Shown: positions 24,249-35,157 of the stretch, piece after piece | Layout of the letters: the number at the start of each line of letters is the position of its first letter | How positions within the stretch are numbered: the first letter of the stretch is position 1 | NCBI GenBank assembly: GCA_000002445.1 | Contig: CP000067.1 | Coordinates: 800,001 to 864,000 of the forward strand | Direction: 5' to 3' | Origin: Trypanosoma brucei | Lineage: Eukaryota | Length of the DNA stretch: 64,000 nucleotides | The notes under the pieces: model-generated | What the model was told of the DNA's origin: nothing | The model's input: the letters and a program-made list of their open reading frames with translations, nothing else | Database searches by the model: none | Translations under genes and position numbers: made by a program

Positions 24249-25085
24249 TTGTCTTACATGTCGGTTCCACTCACAGAGGAGGATCTGCATGACTTGTATG
24301 TGTGGGTTGATGAAATACCCATTTCCCGCCCCAAGCGGAATATTACCCGCGACTTCAGCGATGGTTGCTGCGTGGCTGAAGTCATGAAGTTCTTCTTCCC
24401 AAAGCTTGTCGAACTGCATAACTACGTGCCTGCTATGTCACAGTCAAAGAAAATAGAGAACTGGAATACCCTCAACAACCGAGTGTTTCGCAAACTCCAC
24501 TTTGAGGTGGCGCGGGATGAAATCAGCGACATCACAGCGGGGGTCCCAGGCGCCATTGAGCGGTTCCTCCGTGCATTGCGAACAAAGATTTCTGAGATCA
24601 AAGCCCGCCGTGAGGAATTGGCAGCTGCGGAGGCGCTGACAGGCGTGCCAGGAACGGGGCTCTCCCCTTCACGGTTTCGTTATGGTGCACGGCATGCGGA
24701 CAGAGCTGGCACGGCGGGATCCACCTTGTCTGCGCATGATCGTAATGTAGAAAATGAAGCGGAACGAGGACAGCGCGGGGGCAGCAAGGTAGGAGTCACA
24801 TCCGGTTACGCGAACACGCAAGGACGCTCTAACGCTGCCCCAAACGTGAAAAGTGGATTTGACCAGCGGAACGGGTCAGCCAGAACGAGTGGTAGTGTGG
24901 ACGACGGTATTGACAGCAGGACAGCTGCCAGCCTCCGTCAGTTATTTGATGAAAAGGACCGAACTATAGCTGAGCTCCGTGAGACTGTTGGCCTGCTCAG
25001 TGAGAAGGTGATGAAGCTAGAAGAACTCGTTCGCTTGAAGGACAATAAGCTGCATGACTATAGGAGCACATTTGGTCACATGTGA
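24249..25085 (+). CDS. CH-like (DUF1042) domain protein of the SPEF1/CLAMP type, with a C-terminal coiled coil
   Basis: 'LYVWVDEIPISRPKRNITRDFSDGCCVAEVMKFFFPKLVELHNY' closely matches the N-terminal microtubule-binding CH domain of sperm-flagellar-protein-1. Confidence 0.7.
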   Translation: MSYMSVPLTEEDLHDLYVWVDEIPISRPKRNITRDFSDGCCVAEVMKFFFPKLVELHNYVPAMSQSKKIENWNTLNNRVFRKLHFEVARDEISDITAGVPGAIERFLRALRTKISEIKARREELAAAEALTGVPGTGLSPSRFRYGARHADRAGTAGSTLSAHDRNVENEAERGQRGGSKVGVTSGYANTQGRSNAAPNVKSGFDQRNGSARTSGSVDDGIDSRTAASLRQLFDEKDRTIAELRETVGLLSEKVMKLEELVRLKDNKLHDYRSTFGHM

Positions 25086-25952
25086 CTATGACGATGATGA
25101 CTTTGATTTATATACGGGAGGCGACAAGAAGGAAAGTGAATAGAATTAAAGGAACATGAAACAGGGGAATAGAATGGGTGGTTTAAAGGCAGATATGAGA
25201 GGAAGAATGACGGTGTGAACGACAGCGGCAGATTGGCTTGTGCTGCTTCACCCTTCTCCCTCTTGAGAGTACCTCTTCCAAGGGTAATTGGGCTGACAAG
25301 TGGCGGTGAGCTGGAGTGTGACAATGAAGGAGACGTACGCGCGCTGGGCCCACCGCAGTACGTACGAATCTTTTAGGCTGTACTTGATTTGCTTGTGTGG
25401 TATTATAAACTTGGGCGTGTGAATTACGTTCGCTTGCCCTCCAAAGAAACCCCTAACGCGCATCTGAAACGAAAAGTTTCACCATATATGTGGACGCAGC
25501 TTTAGACTGTGCTTCGTTGATGTGACGCGCAGCCCTATGCGTGTGCGTTTTCAGCGCGCACACACGGTTCCATCTGCCTGTTCCCCATTGCGATACCACT
25601 TTCGTGCCTGTCTAATCGCGCGATGACAAACTCTGAATGCCTCTTCTTTTCCCTACTCTTGCGTCCCTTCTCGTGCGTGAAGCCTCCTTTTACAGTCAAC
25701 TCTTTCTTAAAGGTACGATCCCGCCTCGATTCCAACTTCCCGTAGCCAGCTAGCGAGCCAGCAGTAGAGAAGACAGGAAGCGGTCATAGGGAGGGGGAAG
25801 TCTTGGAGAGTGTGTATTATTATTTCCACAACTAAAAACAGCGTCCCTTCATCCGTTTAGGGGGTTCCTCTCACCATTTCGATACGTGCGGGTGCCAAAG
25901 CAGGAGGCCGCTAAACGGTAAACAGGATACTGGAAACTAAATATAGTCGACC

Positions 25953-27359
25953 ATGAGCGCGCGCATGCAGGTCCCGCTGTCGCAACGGCGCCACACAAAC
26001 GTTGCTGCAGTGCGATATACAAAAAATGGTCATAAGCTGGAAATTGCCTGTTACAAAAACAAGGTGATATCGTACCGTAATGGGGTTGAAACGCGGTTAG
26101 ATGAAGTTCTTCAGATCGACCGCGTTTTTACCAATATTTCACGTGGTCTCTTCGCTTCTGAAAAAGATATCCAAGCGGTGTTTGGCAAAGGAACCACGGA
26201 AGAGGATGCACTCAAGTACATCCTCGTCCATGGCGAACTTCAGGTGGCGCAACACGAACGTGAAGTTGAAGTGAATCAAATGTTCACAGATATAGCACTG
26301 ATCATATCGCAGAAGTGCGTGAATGAAGTTACACAGCGGCCCTTCCCCGCACAGGTCATTGAGCAGGCTCTGCGCTCCATAGGTGCCGCAGTGAGGTTGG
26401 ATCAACCGGCGAAAAAACAAGCACTTGCGCTCATTCATAGGCTTATGGACGCACAGATCATACCGATCGCACGAGCTCCAATGAAACTCCGGTGCACAAC
26501 AGTGGACGAGCAATCTCTGAAGAAGGTGACGGAATGGTGTGAAAGCAATAGAGCGACCATACTTGAGGAACCGGGGGAGACCTGCCAAGATGAAACGGTT
26601 CATGGAGCGGGGAAATATTCTCTGCTCATCCTCTTACAGCCACATCTTTTTCGAGATCTTGAAATTTTTGTCAAGGACGAGTTACCACATGGTGCGACGG
26701 TGCACATGATAGACAGTGTGGCGATGGATGTAGGTGAAGTGGATGTGATGGATGCAGATTTGATAGCTCGGGCTAACGCTCACACGAACGCTGCTGATAA
26801 GTCGGTAGGTGGCGGAGGCGGTAGCCATCAAACCGGTAGCAGCAGTAATCCCACACAATGTCTGAACAACAACAACAAAGGAGGAAAGAAAGGGGGAAAG
26901 AGTGGCCGGAAGCAGAAGAACGCAAAATATTCACTCCAGAAGAATGATGACACACCACAGGAAGAACAAGGCACGCCACTCACAGCTGATTTGTCATCGA
27001 CAGGGCCGGGGGTTGTGGATGATAAGGAGATCTCCGATGTGAAGACGGCGCTAAGCAAACTGGGTCTTGATAATCCTTGCGCGCTGGATGACCACGACGA
27101 TGACGACAAGAACAAACGGGGGAAAAAGAAAGCCAAACGGCGCCAGGGAGCTCAGCAGCAGTCACAACAACCCGCATCATCAAAGAAGGAGGTTGAGGTG
27201 GAGGCCCAGGAGGATAGTGACGAAGAGGTTCTAGTTAACCGCAAGCAGCGCAAAATGGCCGCAGTTAAGGCTAAAGACATAAGCAATAATCACGACTGCG
27301 ACTTCGATGACGAGTACAACTATGAGTACGATATGGAGGAAGGGGTAGGAGAGGAGTGA
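25953..27359 (+). CDS. SBDS (Shwachman-Bodian-Diamond) ribosome maturation protein with a long acidic/basic C-terminal extension
   Basis: N-terminal 'VRYTKNGHKLEIACYKNKVISYRNG' is the SBDS FYSH-domain signature. The tail is K/D/E-rich. Confidence 0.75.
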   Translation: MSARMQVPLSQRRHTNVAAVRYTKNGHKLEIACYKNKVISYRNGVETRLDEVLQIDRVFTNISRGLFASEKDIQAVFGKGTTEEDALKYILVHGELQVAQHEREVEVNQMFTDIALIISQKCVNEVTQRPFPAQVIEQALRSIGAAVRLDQPAKKQALALIHRLMDAQIIPIARAPMKLRCTTVDEQSLKKVTEWCESNRATILEEPGETCQDETVHGAGKYSLLILLQPHLFRDLEIFVKDELPHGATVHMIDSVAMDVGEVDVMDADLIARANAHTNAADKSVGGGGGSHQTGSSSNPTQCLNNNNKGGKKGGKSGRKQKNAKYSLQKNDDTPQEEQGTPLTADLSSTGPGVVDDKEISDVKTALSKLGLDNPCALDDHDDDDKNKRGKKKAKRRQGAQQQSQQPASSKKEVEVEAQEDSDEEVLVNRKQRKMAAVKAKDISNNHDCDFDDEYNYEYDMEEGVGEE

Positions 27360-27845
27360 AACCCACAGATGCGCCGAAACGCCACGGATGGATGTGAAGA
27401 GCAGGTAGTACGGCCACTTGGTTTAGTGCCGTACGTCAACCCACGCTCCCCACTTCAGCTGGAGGGGATATGAAAACAAAAAGTAACGTGAAATTAAATA
27501 ATGACAAGTTTTTTTTACAACCTCCGTAAGAACACACACATACTCCTCTGTCTCAGCTAGTTAGCGTTTTTCTTCTAATATATATGCTGGTGTTAATGAA
27601 GTGTCTCCTTGCTACTTTTGTTTTTGCCACTAGGCCCCTGCTTGTCTTTTGCAGCAGTGGGTGCGCGTGACCAACACGATTTCACATAAGCGGCAGTAAA
27701 ATCTTAATAGTAGCAGCTTGCACGGACACACTAAGAAAGGTCATCGTTAACCTGATAAGCACATCGCCACGTACACACGAATATATATATATATATATAT
27801 ATATAGCGAGATATTCAAATAGTTCCTTTTCTTCGCTGCGATAAG

Positions 27846-28877
27846 ATGTGGAACGCATTTAGCGGGTTTCAGCCACCAAAATTGAGGGATGGTAACGGTG
27901 GCTGGGGAAGTGGTAGGCCTTACAGGCCAATGAGGGTGGGAGGGCAGCCATATCATAAGGAAAGGTTTGGGGCCCCCTCTTACCCTCAAACCCAAGGCGG
28001 TTACCAGCATCATGGGAATTTGGACCCCATGAACCGCTCTTACAGTCGTCATACGCCGCAGGCAGCACACAGGATCCGCCAGCCTAATATCGATGAGCCT
28101 TTTGCATGGAAAGCGTTTATGCGAAGGAGCACTGAAGGTGCCATTTATCGTGGAACGACGCAGCTTGAGGGAAGCCAAAGGACAAAGGAAAGCGGTGAAA
28201 CTACGAGTCCCAATGGGTTGGCGCGGCACATTGATGGTGAAGCTTGGAATGCTTATTGGGGCGAGTACTCTGACCATTTTGCGTCCCGAATTGACGACGT
28301 TCAGGAGCATTTAAGCAAGGGTGAAAGGTACAACGGCAAAAGGTGTGTACGAGTCGCCACACCCATACCGAAGGATTCACTTATGGAGTCATTCAAGAGT
28401 CGGATGATCGACTACGCACGACACTTTGGGGCAATCGAATGTGTTACTCGCGACGGCGGTGTCGTTGGGGTACAGTTCACCACCCATCGCTCTGCAGAGC
28501 TCTTCGCTGTGTGGGCTGCCTCAATGACTTTTGTGGAAATTCTCGGTGATACCGTGAAACCGGATGAAGTCAACGGTCCCGTAGAGATGGTGGTGCGGCT
28601 TGCACCACATGATCCGAATAGACTTACGACGACACTTCGACTGGGCGATAACATCGTCCTTTCAACAGCGTTTGTCGAGGGGTTGTTTAAGGGTATTTTC
28701 GATGCCGAAGACATTAAGTTTCATGCTGGTGCCTTCCAAATAACGTTTGGCTCTGTCCAGGCAGCCAAGGTGGCACTTCACTCGGTCCAGCGGCACCTTT
28801 TCGATGGCTTTGGTCTGCTACTAACGTTTTCGGAGGTGCCCTTGGGCGCGGGGCCTCTAATGCCACATGCGAAGTAG
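27846..28877 (+). CDS. hypothetical protein (343 aa) with a Gly/Tyr-rich N-terminal low-complexity region and a possible RRM-like fold
   Basis: Long ORF co-directional with the cluster. Confidence 0.45.
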   Translation: MWNAFSGFQPPKLRDGNGGWGSGRPYRPMRVGGQPYHKERFGAPSYPQTQGGYQHHGNLDPMNRSYSRHTPQAAHRIRQPNIDEPFAWKAFMRRSTEGAIYRGTTQLEGSQRTKESGETTSPNGLARHIDGEAWNAYWGEYSDHFASRIDDVQEHLSKGERYNGKRCVRVATPIPKDSLMESFKSRMIDYARHFGAIECVTRDGGVVGVQFTTHRSAELFAVWAASMTFVEILGDTVKPDEVNGPVEMVVRLAPHDPNRLTTTLRLGDNIVLSTAFVEGLFKGIFDAEDIKFHAGAFQITFGSVQAAKVALHSVQRHLFDGFGLLLTFSEVPLGAGPLMPHAK

Positions 28878-29730
28878 CTTTCACACGATTGCGAGCAAGC
28901 AAACACAAAGGACAAAATTAAGACGGCGTAAAATAAACGGGAAACTTTTAGTGTGAAAGGGAGGAAGGGATGTTCCAAATGATCCTGCTTGCTTCCCTCC
29001 AAGGGACAAGCATGCTCCTCAACATCACTCTTCGGGGAGCCGTGCTGCAAGCAAGCACATACGCACATTATAGTGGCGAGACAAAAACGTGGAGCGCATC
29101 GCCGGCGTCTGCTGCGGGTGGAGAACATCCAGGCGTTGGGGTCGTTACTTCTTGGTGTTTTTAGGCAGCTGTGAACCCGTTTAATGTTTTGGTTAATTAA
29201 AGGCAGGAGAACCGTTTTGAACCTGCGGGAAGTCCTGCATGCGGTGCGGTCCTGTAGGTGACAGATAATGGAAAAACGTGCACCGCAGGTCAATATACAT
29301 TTATATATACTTGTGCGTGTGTATTGGACGTCTGCCGCGCGTAAAAGCCCACATCAAACGCTGGGATGCCGCCGCGTTACCTCGATTTTCTCTTTGACTT
29401 GCTTCCACGTCCGTCTCTTTTTTTCTTTAAGTCTCTCTGCTGGTGACAGTGTTGGATAAAAATTGATGCCGAGTAGCACGGGAGGAGAAAGTGGCGAGAC
29501 AGCGTGTTTGGAGGCCTTCTTAACCAGTTCTGTCCCAGACTGCGTGCATACACACCATTGTCGCCGTCACGTCCCTCTTCTTATTTGACCAACAGTGCAT
29601 TTCGGATAATCATCATGCTTTCGTGTTAACCACTCACCCTCCACGGGAGAAAATAAGCCCGCATCGCCTCTCCTGTCGCTACTGCTGCTGCTTCAACGCC
29701 CCCTAAAGTCTATTTAGCACAACTTCTATA

Positions 29731-32700
29731 TTGAACGCATCGTCTAGCACTATGAAACAAGGTAACGGGGCCACACACTCCATTCCCCACAATGTGCCCT
29801 TCCGACGCATTGTTATTCTTTCTGACTATGGATCACCTTGGCTCAACGCGGTAACGGCCGTAACATGCGCAACGCTGCCATGTCTTTCGGCACTCTCCAA
29901 TGGGTGGTGTGAGAAGCGTGGAAACGTTGTTGTTGCCAGTAAACTGGATAGCCCGCGCGTCCTCATTCCGGCCGAGGCAGGTGTTGCACCGGACGGCACC
30001 TCGTGCTCGTCACTTTCCTCGTTATCTGCAGTGTGTCGGGATTTAGCTGACGGCCGTAACATTGCCAGTCGTATCTTTTTTACCGCGGATGCGGCCAGCA
30101 ATCCGCGAGCGCAGACTTTTGCACCAAGCGTGGAAGATGACTTGTTTGTGTATGTGTCGGCGTGGAGTGGTGAAAAGGACGCCGCCCATCTTGCTCTTCG
30201 TTCCCTTTCCAACATGTTTGGTGCCACCAGCTTCGGCATTGGCGCATCGGGTGTCCTCACAGGACCGTGTGGCGTTCCTCGGCTTATTATTCTGGCAGAC
30301 GAATCCACACGAAACTCAGTCTGCGAAACTGCTCGGCATCTCAGCAATTGGTGCGTCCTCTCGTGCATTGTGCCAAGTTTCGCTCCCCCGGCCTTCAACC
30401 ACCAGCTTGCTGCTTCGGTCGTGCGGGAATGCGATGTCGTATGCGGGGTTCTGGAGTGTGTTGCGCTCGGCGTGGCTCTGGGAACGGTAAAGCGACTTCC
30501 GTTCGGTTTTATGGACCCCGTATGTGTTATGCCCCTTGATGCTGCTATCAGTACTGCTCTGATTGCATTCCTGCAGCGTTTGAAAGGGGGTCCTGCAGCA
30601 GTCTGTGGGGGTACGAGCGCCACTATTATTATAGGCTCTCCCAGTGACAGCGCTTTCGTGTGGGGCATGTTTGCTCAATACCTGATGGATTATTATGGTC
30701 GTGTGGGTCTTCTCGCACTGAAGGAATCCCAGTTACGTTGGCTGTTTGATACCTCGCCAGCGCTGCAGCTGAATGCAGACTTTATGAATTGGGTGAACTA
30801 TGGCACATCGACAATGATGCCTTTTCGGTGCTACTATGATAATGCCGCGGCGCGGCGCCGGAAGCAGTTGATGGAGCACTATCCCCATTCAAATGTAGCT
30901 AGGAAGGTTTGTGGGACATTAACGAACATTGACACGCGCATCCACAATATGGTAAAGTTGACTCAACACTCTGAGCCAACAGGGCAACATGATGGCGAGC
31001 GGGTGAACAAGCAGGGGAAGCCCAACACGGCGGGGTTTTACAGTGACTTGCTTCGGGCTGTAGAACAAGATGCCGCGTTACGGCCTCTCTACCCGTACAT
31101 CTCGTTGAGTTGCATAAGGTGGGATGTTTTTGTGAAGGTTATTGCCCAATCCGTGCTGGAGCATGCGGCACGCCAGATCGCAGGGCATCCAACTGTGGTC
31201 CCTCCGCCTCTTCCTTTGTATCATAACGACATCATATTTTACGGCCCGCAGCGGGCTCCGCGGAACTGTCTCCTCACTCGATTCTTCCCAGAAAGCGTTC
31301 GGTGGGCACAGCGCTCAGGTTTACGGCCGAACGGGGTGCTTGTAGCGGCAGAACCCGGGCTCACAGAAGAGTCATTGGCGTGTATACTTCAGCGCCCAAG
31401 TATAATTCAGGTGGTTAAGAAAACTGCAAAAGCAGAGGGCGTAACGGAGGAAGATGTCTTGAGGCGGGCGACAGCAATCTTGCGCGGTATGGGTGATAAT
31501 CTGAATCAGCTCAATGTCCGCGTCTTCGGCCTTATGGTGCGGAAGGCGCTGTTCAGGCTCTTCGACAGAGTGAGCCTGAACGCCTCCGCCTTCGAACGGC
31601 TCCATGCTGCAACTACGCAACCGAGGACCCATGTCATGTTGCTACCAGCACACAGGTCATATATAGATTTCATCATAATGACCTATTTGCTCCTGGTGAT
31701 GGGTCTGACCCTACCGCACGTATGTGCAGGTGATGATTTCCTTCGAATGGGCCAGATAACTAAATTGATGCGTGGTAGCGGCGCCTTTTTCATACGGCGG
31801 ACATTCCGCGACGATCCCCTGTACACTGCACTCTTCAAAGAGTACATTCACAACCTTGTCCTTCGAAAGCAAATGATCGAATTCTTCATTGAAGGAACTC
31901 GAAGCCGCACGGGCAAAACGCAACGCCCCATGCTCGGGGTCCTAAAGTTCATTGCCGACACCTTGGTTAACGCACAAGAGGCTATCGATGACGTTTGCAT
32001 CCTTCCAGTCAGTTTGTCTTATGATGAACTACTAGAAACGAAGTTGTATGCGGCGGAGCAGCTCGGGTTGTCAAAACCAAGGGAGAGTGTTGGAAACCTT
32101 GTGCGTGCAAGTTCCGTGCTCAGCAGGAGGCATGGGAAGATTCATGTCCATGTTGCCGAACCCCTCTCATTGCGATCCTTCTGCCACAATCCAAGCCAAT
32201 GCCCCGAGGGGTTTGAGCCGGTAACAGGAGGAGTTACAGCCGCAGCGCCTAACAAAAGTAGCGATGGCGAGGGAGCACGTAGTCCGTCCCATATCCCTAA
32301 GCAGGTTTTAACGAACATCGCGTGGCACGTAACGCACACTCTACAAGACAATACAATCATTACGCCAACGGCATTGCTCGCTGCAGTTCTCGGAACCCTT
32401 TCCCCTCCGGCAGGGTGCATGTCACTTCGGGAGGCGCAAGCTAAGATGTTGTGGCTCCGTGACCACATTATTAGGAGAAGAGCTCACGTCAGTGAAGATT
32501 GTGTAAATAATAACGGTGAGGAACTTTCTCGCATGGCTCTCTTTCATCTTGCGGAGTTTGTAGAGACGCGGGTTGAAGCTGGTGAGACATGGGTGGCTAT
32601 GCGCCAAGACAGCAGGGCTCCATTGGGCGTGGCCATCTGCAGCAACCAGTTAATCCATGTGTTTGTGGACGAAGGCGTTGTGGCGTTAGTAGCGCGTGCG

Positions 32701-33480
32701 TCAGGGGAGCTCAGCGACAACAAAAAAACAGCGCGTGTGTCAACTGATCTCTTGAAGCGTGAATGTGAGCTGCTGCGCACGTTGCTCGCAGGGGAGTTTC
32801 AGGACTACCTTCCTTGGTGCCCATATACATATGCATCATGGTTCAAATATGCTGTAACACGGCTACTCGCTCACGATGACATCCACAACGATGGGACAGT
32901 TACTTTAGAAGGAGGCGGTTCCGCCGAAAGCACCAACAAGGTGAAAAAAGGTGGCACATATGCGGTTGCGAGTGAACCCCGCTTGCATGACAGCGAAGAT
33001 ATCGTGATTCACTTCACACGCCGGTTTCGATTCATTACCGGTATCCTCTATCCATTTGTAGAGTCCCTATATGTTGTCAGCGTTGCAGTGGCTGCCGTTG
33101 CTGAAACACATGTAGAACATCTGCTTCGTAGGAGACCACTGTTGTTGGCATGTCAGAAATGGGCCTTGGAACTATGCAATGAGAAGCGACTTGTTGTGCA
33201 TATACAATCCTGTGGAAGTGTTGCGCTGAAGAGTGCCTTCACCAGCATTATGGAATTCATTGGTCTCAAGTCGCGTACCGAAGAAAAGGACCTCGTGTAC
33301 ATCCTTCCAATACCACCAAATGGTCTGGAAACGCAATTGCAGCCAGTGACGGAGCAGTTGAAGAAGTTACTGCGCCCCCTCATAGAAGTAAAAGAGGAGG
33401 AAGAGCGAGAGGCGCGAAATCACATGGTTAACGTCTATAAAAAAATCCAAATGAGTTCCAAGCGGGCATCAAGGATGTAG
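29731..33480 (+). CDS. dihydroxyacetone-phosphate / glycerol-3-phosphate acyltransferase (GPAT/DHAPAT family, long kinetoplastid-type), C-terminus '-SRM'
   Basis: Acyltransferase block I 'HRSYIDFII' (HX4D) and block III 'FIEGTRSRTGK'. At 1249 aa it is the size expected of the very long trypanosomatid DHAPATs. Confidence 0.8.
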   Translation: MNASSSTMKQGNGATHSIPHNVPFRRIVILSDYGSPWLNAVTAVTCATLPCLSALSNGWCEKRGNVVVASKLDSPRVLIPAEAGVAPDGTSCSSLSSLSAVCRDLADGRNIASRIFFTADAASNPRAQTFAPSVEDDLFVYVSAWSGEKDAAHLALRSLSNMFGATSFGIGASGVLTGPCGVPRLIILADESTRNSVCETARHLSNWCVLSCIVPSFAPPAFNHQLAASVVRECDVVCGVLECVALGVALGTVKRLPFGFMDPVCVMPLDAAISTALIAFLQRLKGGPAAVCGGTSATIIIGSPSDSAFVWGMFAQYLMDYYGRVGLLALKESQLRWLFDTSPALQLNADFMNWVNYGTSTMMPFRCYYDNAAARRRKQLMEHYPHSNVARKVCGTLTNIDTRIHNMVKLTQHSEPTGQHDGERVNKQGKPNTAGFYSDLLRAVEQDAALRPLYPYISLSCIRWDVFVKVIAQSVLEHAARQIAGHPTVVPPPLPLYHNDIIFYGPQRAPRNCLLTRFFPESVRWAQRSGLRPNGVLVAAEPGLTEESLACILQRPSIIQVVKKTAKAEGVTEEDVLRRATAILRGMGDNLNQLNVRVFGLMVRKALFRLFDRVSLNASAFERLHAATTQPRTHVMLLPAHRSYIDFIIMTYLLLVMGLTLPHVCAGDDFLRMGQITKLMRGSGAFFIRRTFRDDPLYTALFKEYIHNLVLRKQMIEFFIEGTRSRTGKTQRPMLGVLKFIADTLVNAQEAIDDVCILPVSLSYDELLETKLYAAEQLGLSKPRESVGNLVRASSVLSRRHGKIHVHVAEPLSLRSFCHNPSQCPEGFEPVTGGVTAAAPNKSSDGEGARSPSHIPKQVLTNIAWHVTHTLQDNTIITPTALLAAVLGTLSPPAGCMSLREAQAKMLWLRDHIIRRRAHVSEDCVNNNGEELSRMALFHLAEFVETRVEAGETWVAMRQDSRAPLGVAICSNQLIHVFVDEGVVALVARASGELSDNKKTARVSTDLLKRECELLRTLLAGEFQDYLPWCPYTYASWFKYAVTRLLAHDDIHNDGTVTLEGGGSAESTNKVKKGGTYAVASEPRLHDSEDIVIHFTRRFRFITGILYPFVESLYVVSVAVAAVAETHVEHLLRRRPLLLACQKWALELCNEKRLVVHIQSCGSVALKSAFTSIMEFIGLKSRTEEKDLVYILPIPPNGLETQLQPVTEQLKKLLRPLIEVKEEEEREARNHMVNVYKKIQMSSKRASRM

Positions 33481-33892
33481 GAAAGCATCAAGGAAATAAT
33501 ATTAATAATAATATAGAAAAAGAAGAAGGGGGGAAACGAGAAAAGAAAGCGAATGAATGAATTGAATGAATGAATGAATGAATGAAGTCCTCCGATGTGC
33601 TTCTCGCCGTGTGTTGGTGTTCAGTTAGTGTTTGCTTCTTTTTTTTAATTTATTTCCTCATATCATCTACATTACAACCATAATTTCATGATCCCTCCTT
33701 ATTATTATTGTTGTTGTTATCACTTTTTTTTCTTTTTTTGCAATCATTCATCCGATTGTTGTTGTGTCTATTTCTTGTTTGGCTTGTTTTTCTCTTTCTC
33801 TTTTTCTGTACCGTTCAGTGTGCATGTTTCACTTCCCGCAGCCAGTTTCTTTTTCATTTTTACTTTTTCCTTCCTTTCTTTTTGTTTTTCCG

Positions 33893-33893
<1 letters not shown>

Positions 33894-33955
<62 letters not shown>
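33894..33955. repeat. (GT)31 microsatellite
   Basis: Direct read. Confidence 0.95.
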
Positions 33956-33956
<1 letters not shown>

Positions 33957-35157
33957 TTTGCATTTTCGGCCTTGTTATTCTTCTTTCATTTTGTTTTCAT
34001 ATCGTGCATGGCGTGTGACGGTACAGAAAGTCTTTTCATTTAACAAACTAGTCATTACTTAACAACACGTAACAAAAATATAAGATACGAAGTGGCCGAA
34101 GAGGGTTATGGCAGAGCAGATGGTCAACTTAAAGGGTATTTGTTCTTTTAATGTTGTTGTTGTTATGGTTATTGTTATTACGGTTGAAGTTTTAAGTTGG
34201 CGTTGTAAACTTCAAAGGGGAAATGTTGTTTGGTTAGCTTCATCTCACCCAGTATCAGTTCTAAGCATGTCGTCCAAACATCCGTGGGCCTATGGGTGAA
34301 AACATGAAATAAAAATAGCTAAGTAATATATGTATATTTGCTTATCTTTATTTACGTGTGCGTTTTTGTTTTGGTGGTGAGCTGGAGTAGATTGTCCAAC
34401 CCACACCTGAATTTCACTTGTGCTTATTTGACCTTACGCGGATTCGCACCCTTTTTTTTTTTCCTCTCCTCTTCTTTTCTCTCCGGGCAGTAAATATCGC
34501 ATGGATCATAGAAAGGGGGTCAAATATAATACAGCGGAAAAAAAGAAAGGAGTTCACTACGTTTTCGAATAAATAAGAAAAACGATAAAAACAATCGAAT
34601 GAAGAGAATAAACGAGTGGGACGCTAAATAAGTGGCCTGCTTCTGTTTGTTTCGTTCCGTTTTAGCTACTGCTTTTTTCTCATGTTACGGAAAGGCGTAG
34701 ACAAAAGAAGAAAAGAAAAAAAAAGAGAAGAGAAAAGAGGGAGGGAGGGACAGCTGCCTGGAGAGCACAAGTTGCAATTAGTTGTGTGGGCGTCTGTATG
34801 ATTTGGTTTGTCTCAGTCGCTACAGCGTTGTCGCATGTTGATTTTGTTTTATTTTGTTTTTTATGCATGTTTGAGTGCTCAGGCATTATTTCCTCGTAGT
34901 TTTCGGTAACTGTTCCGACATCTTCATTTTCTTGTTTCAACGTCGACTTCTGCTATTATTTACTTATTTTTTTTTATTTTATTTTATTTTTTGCCGCGTT
35001 AAGGTCACGTAGGTGCCAACCTTCACCCGTAGATCAGTAAGTCCTGTTATCCCAACGTAGGGGGGAGGAATCTTCTGGGTGGGTGGGGAAAACAAATAAT
35101 TAGTTATCTTTTAAACAAAGAGGAAACTTTCTTTTTTTCAAAAAAAAAAAAGAAAGG

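Noticed and set aside
33688-34062. A 124-aa ORF with a poly-Cys-Val tract
   Set aside because: It is simply the translation of the (GT)31 microsatellite and the flanking T-rich spacer.
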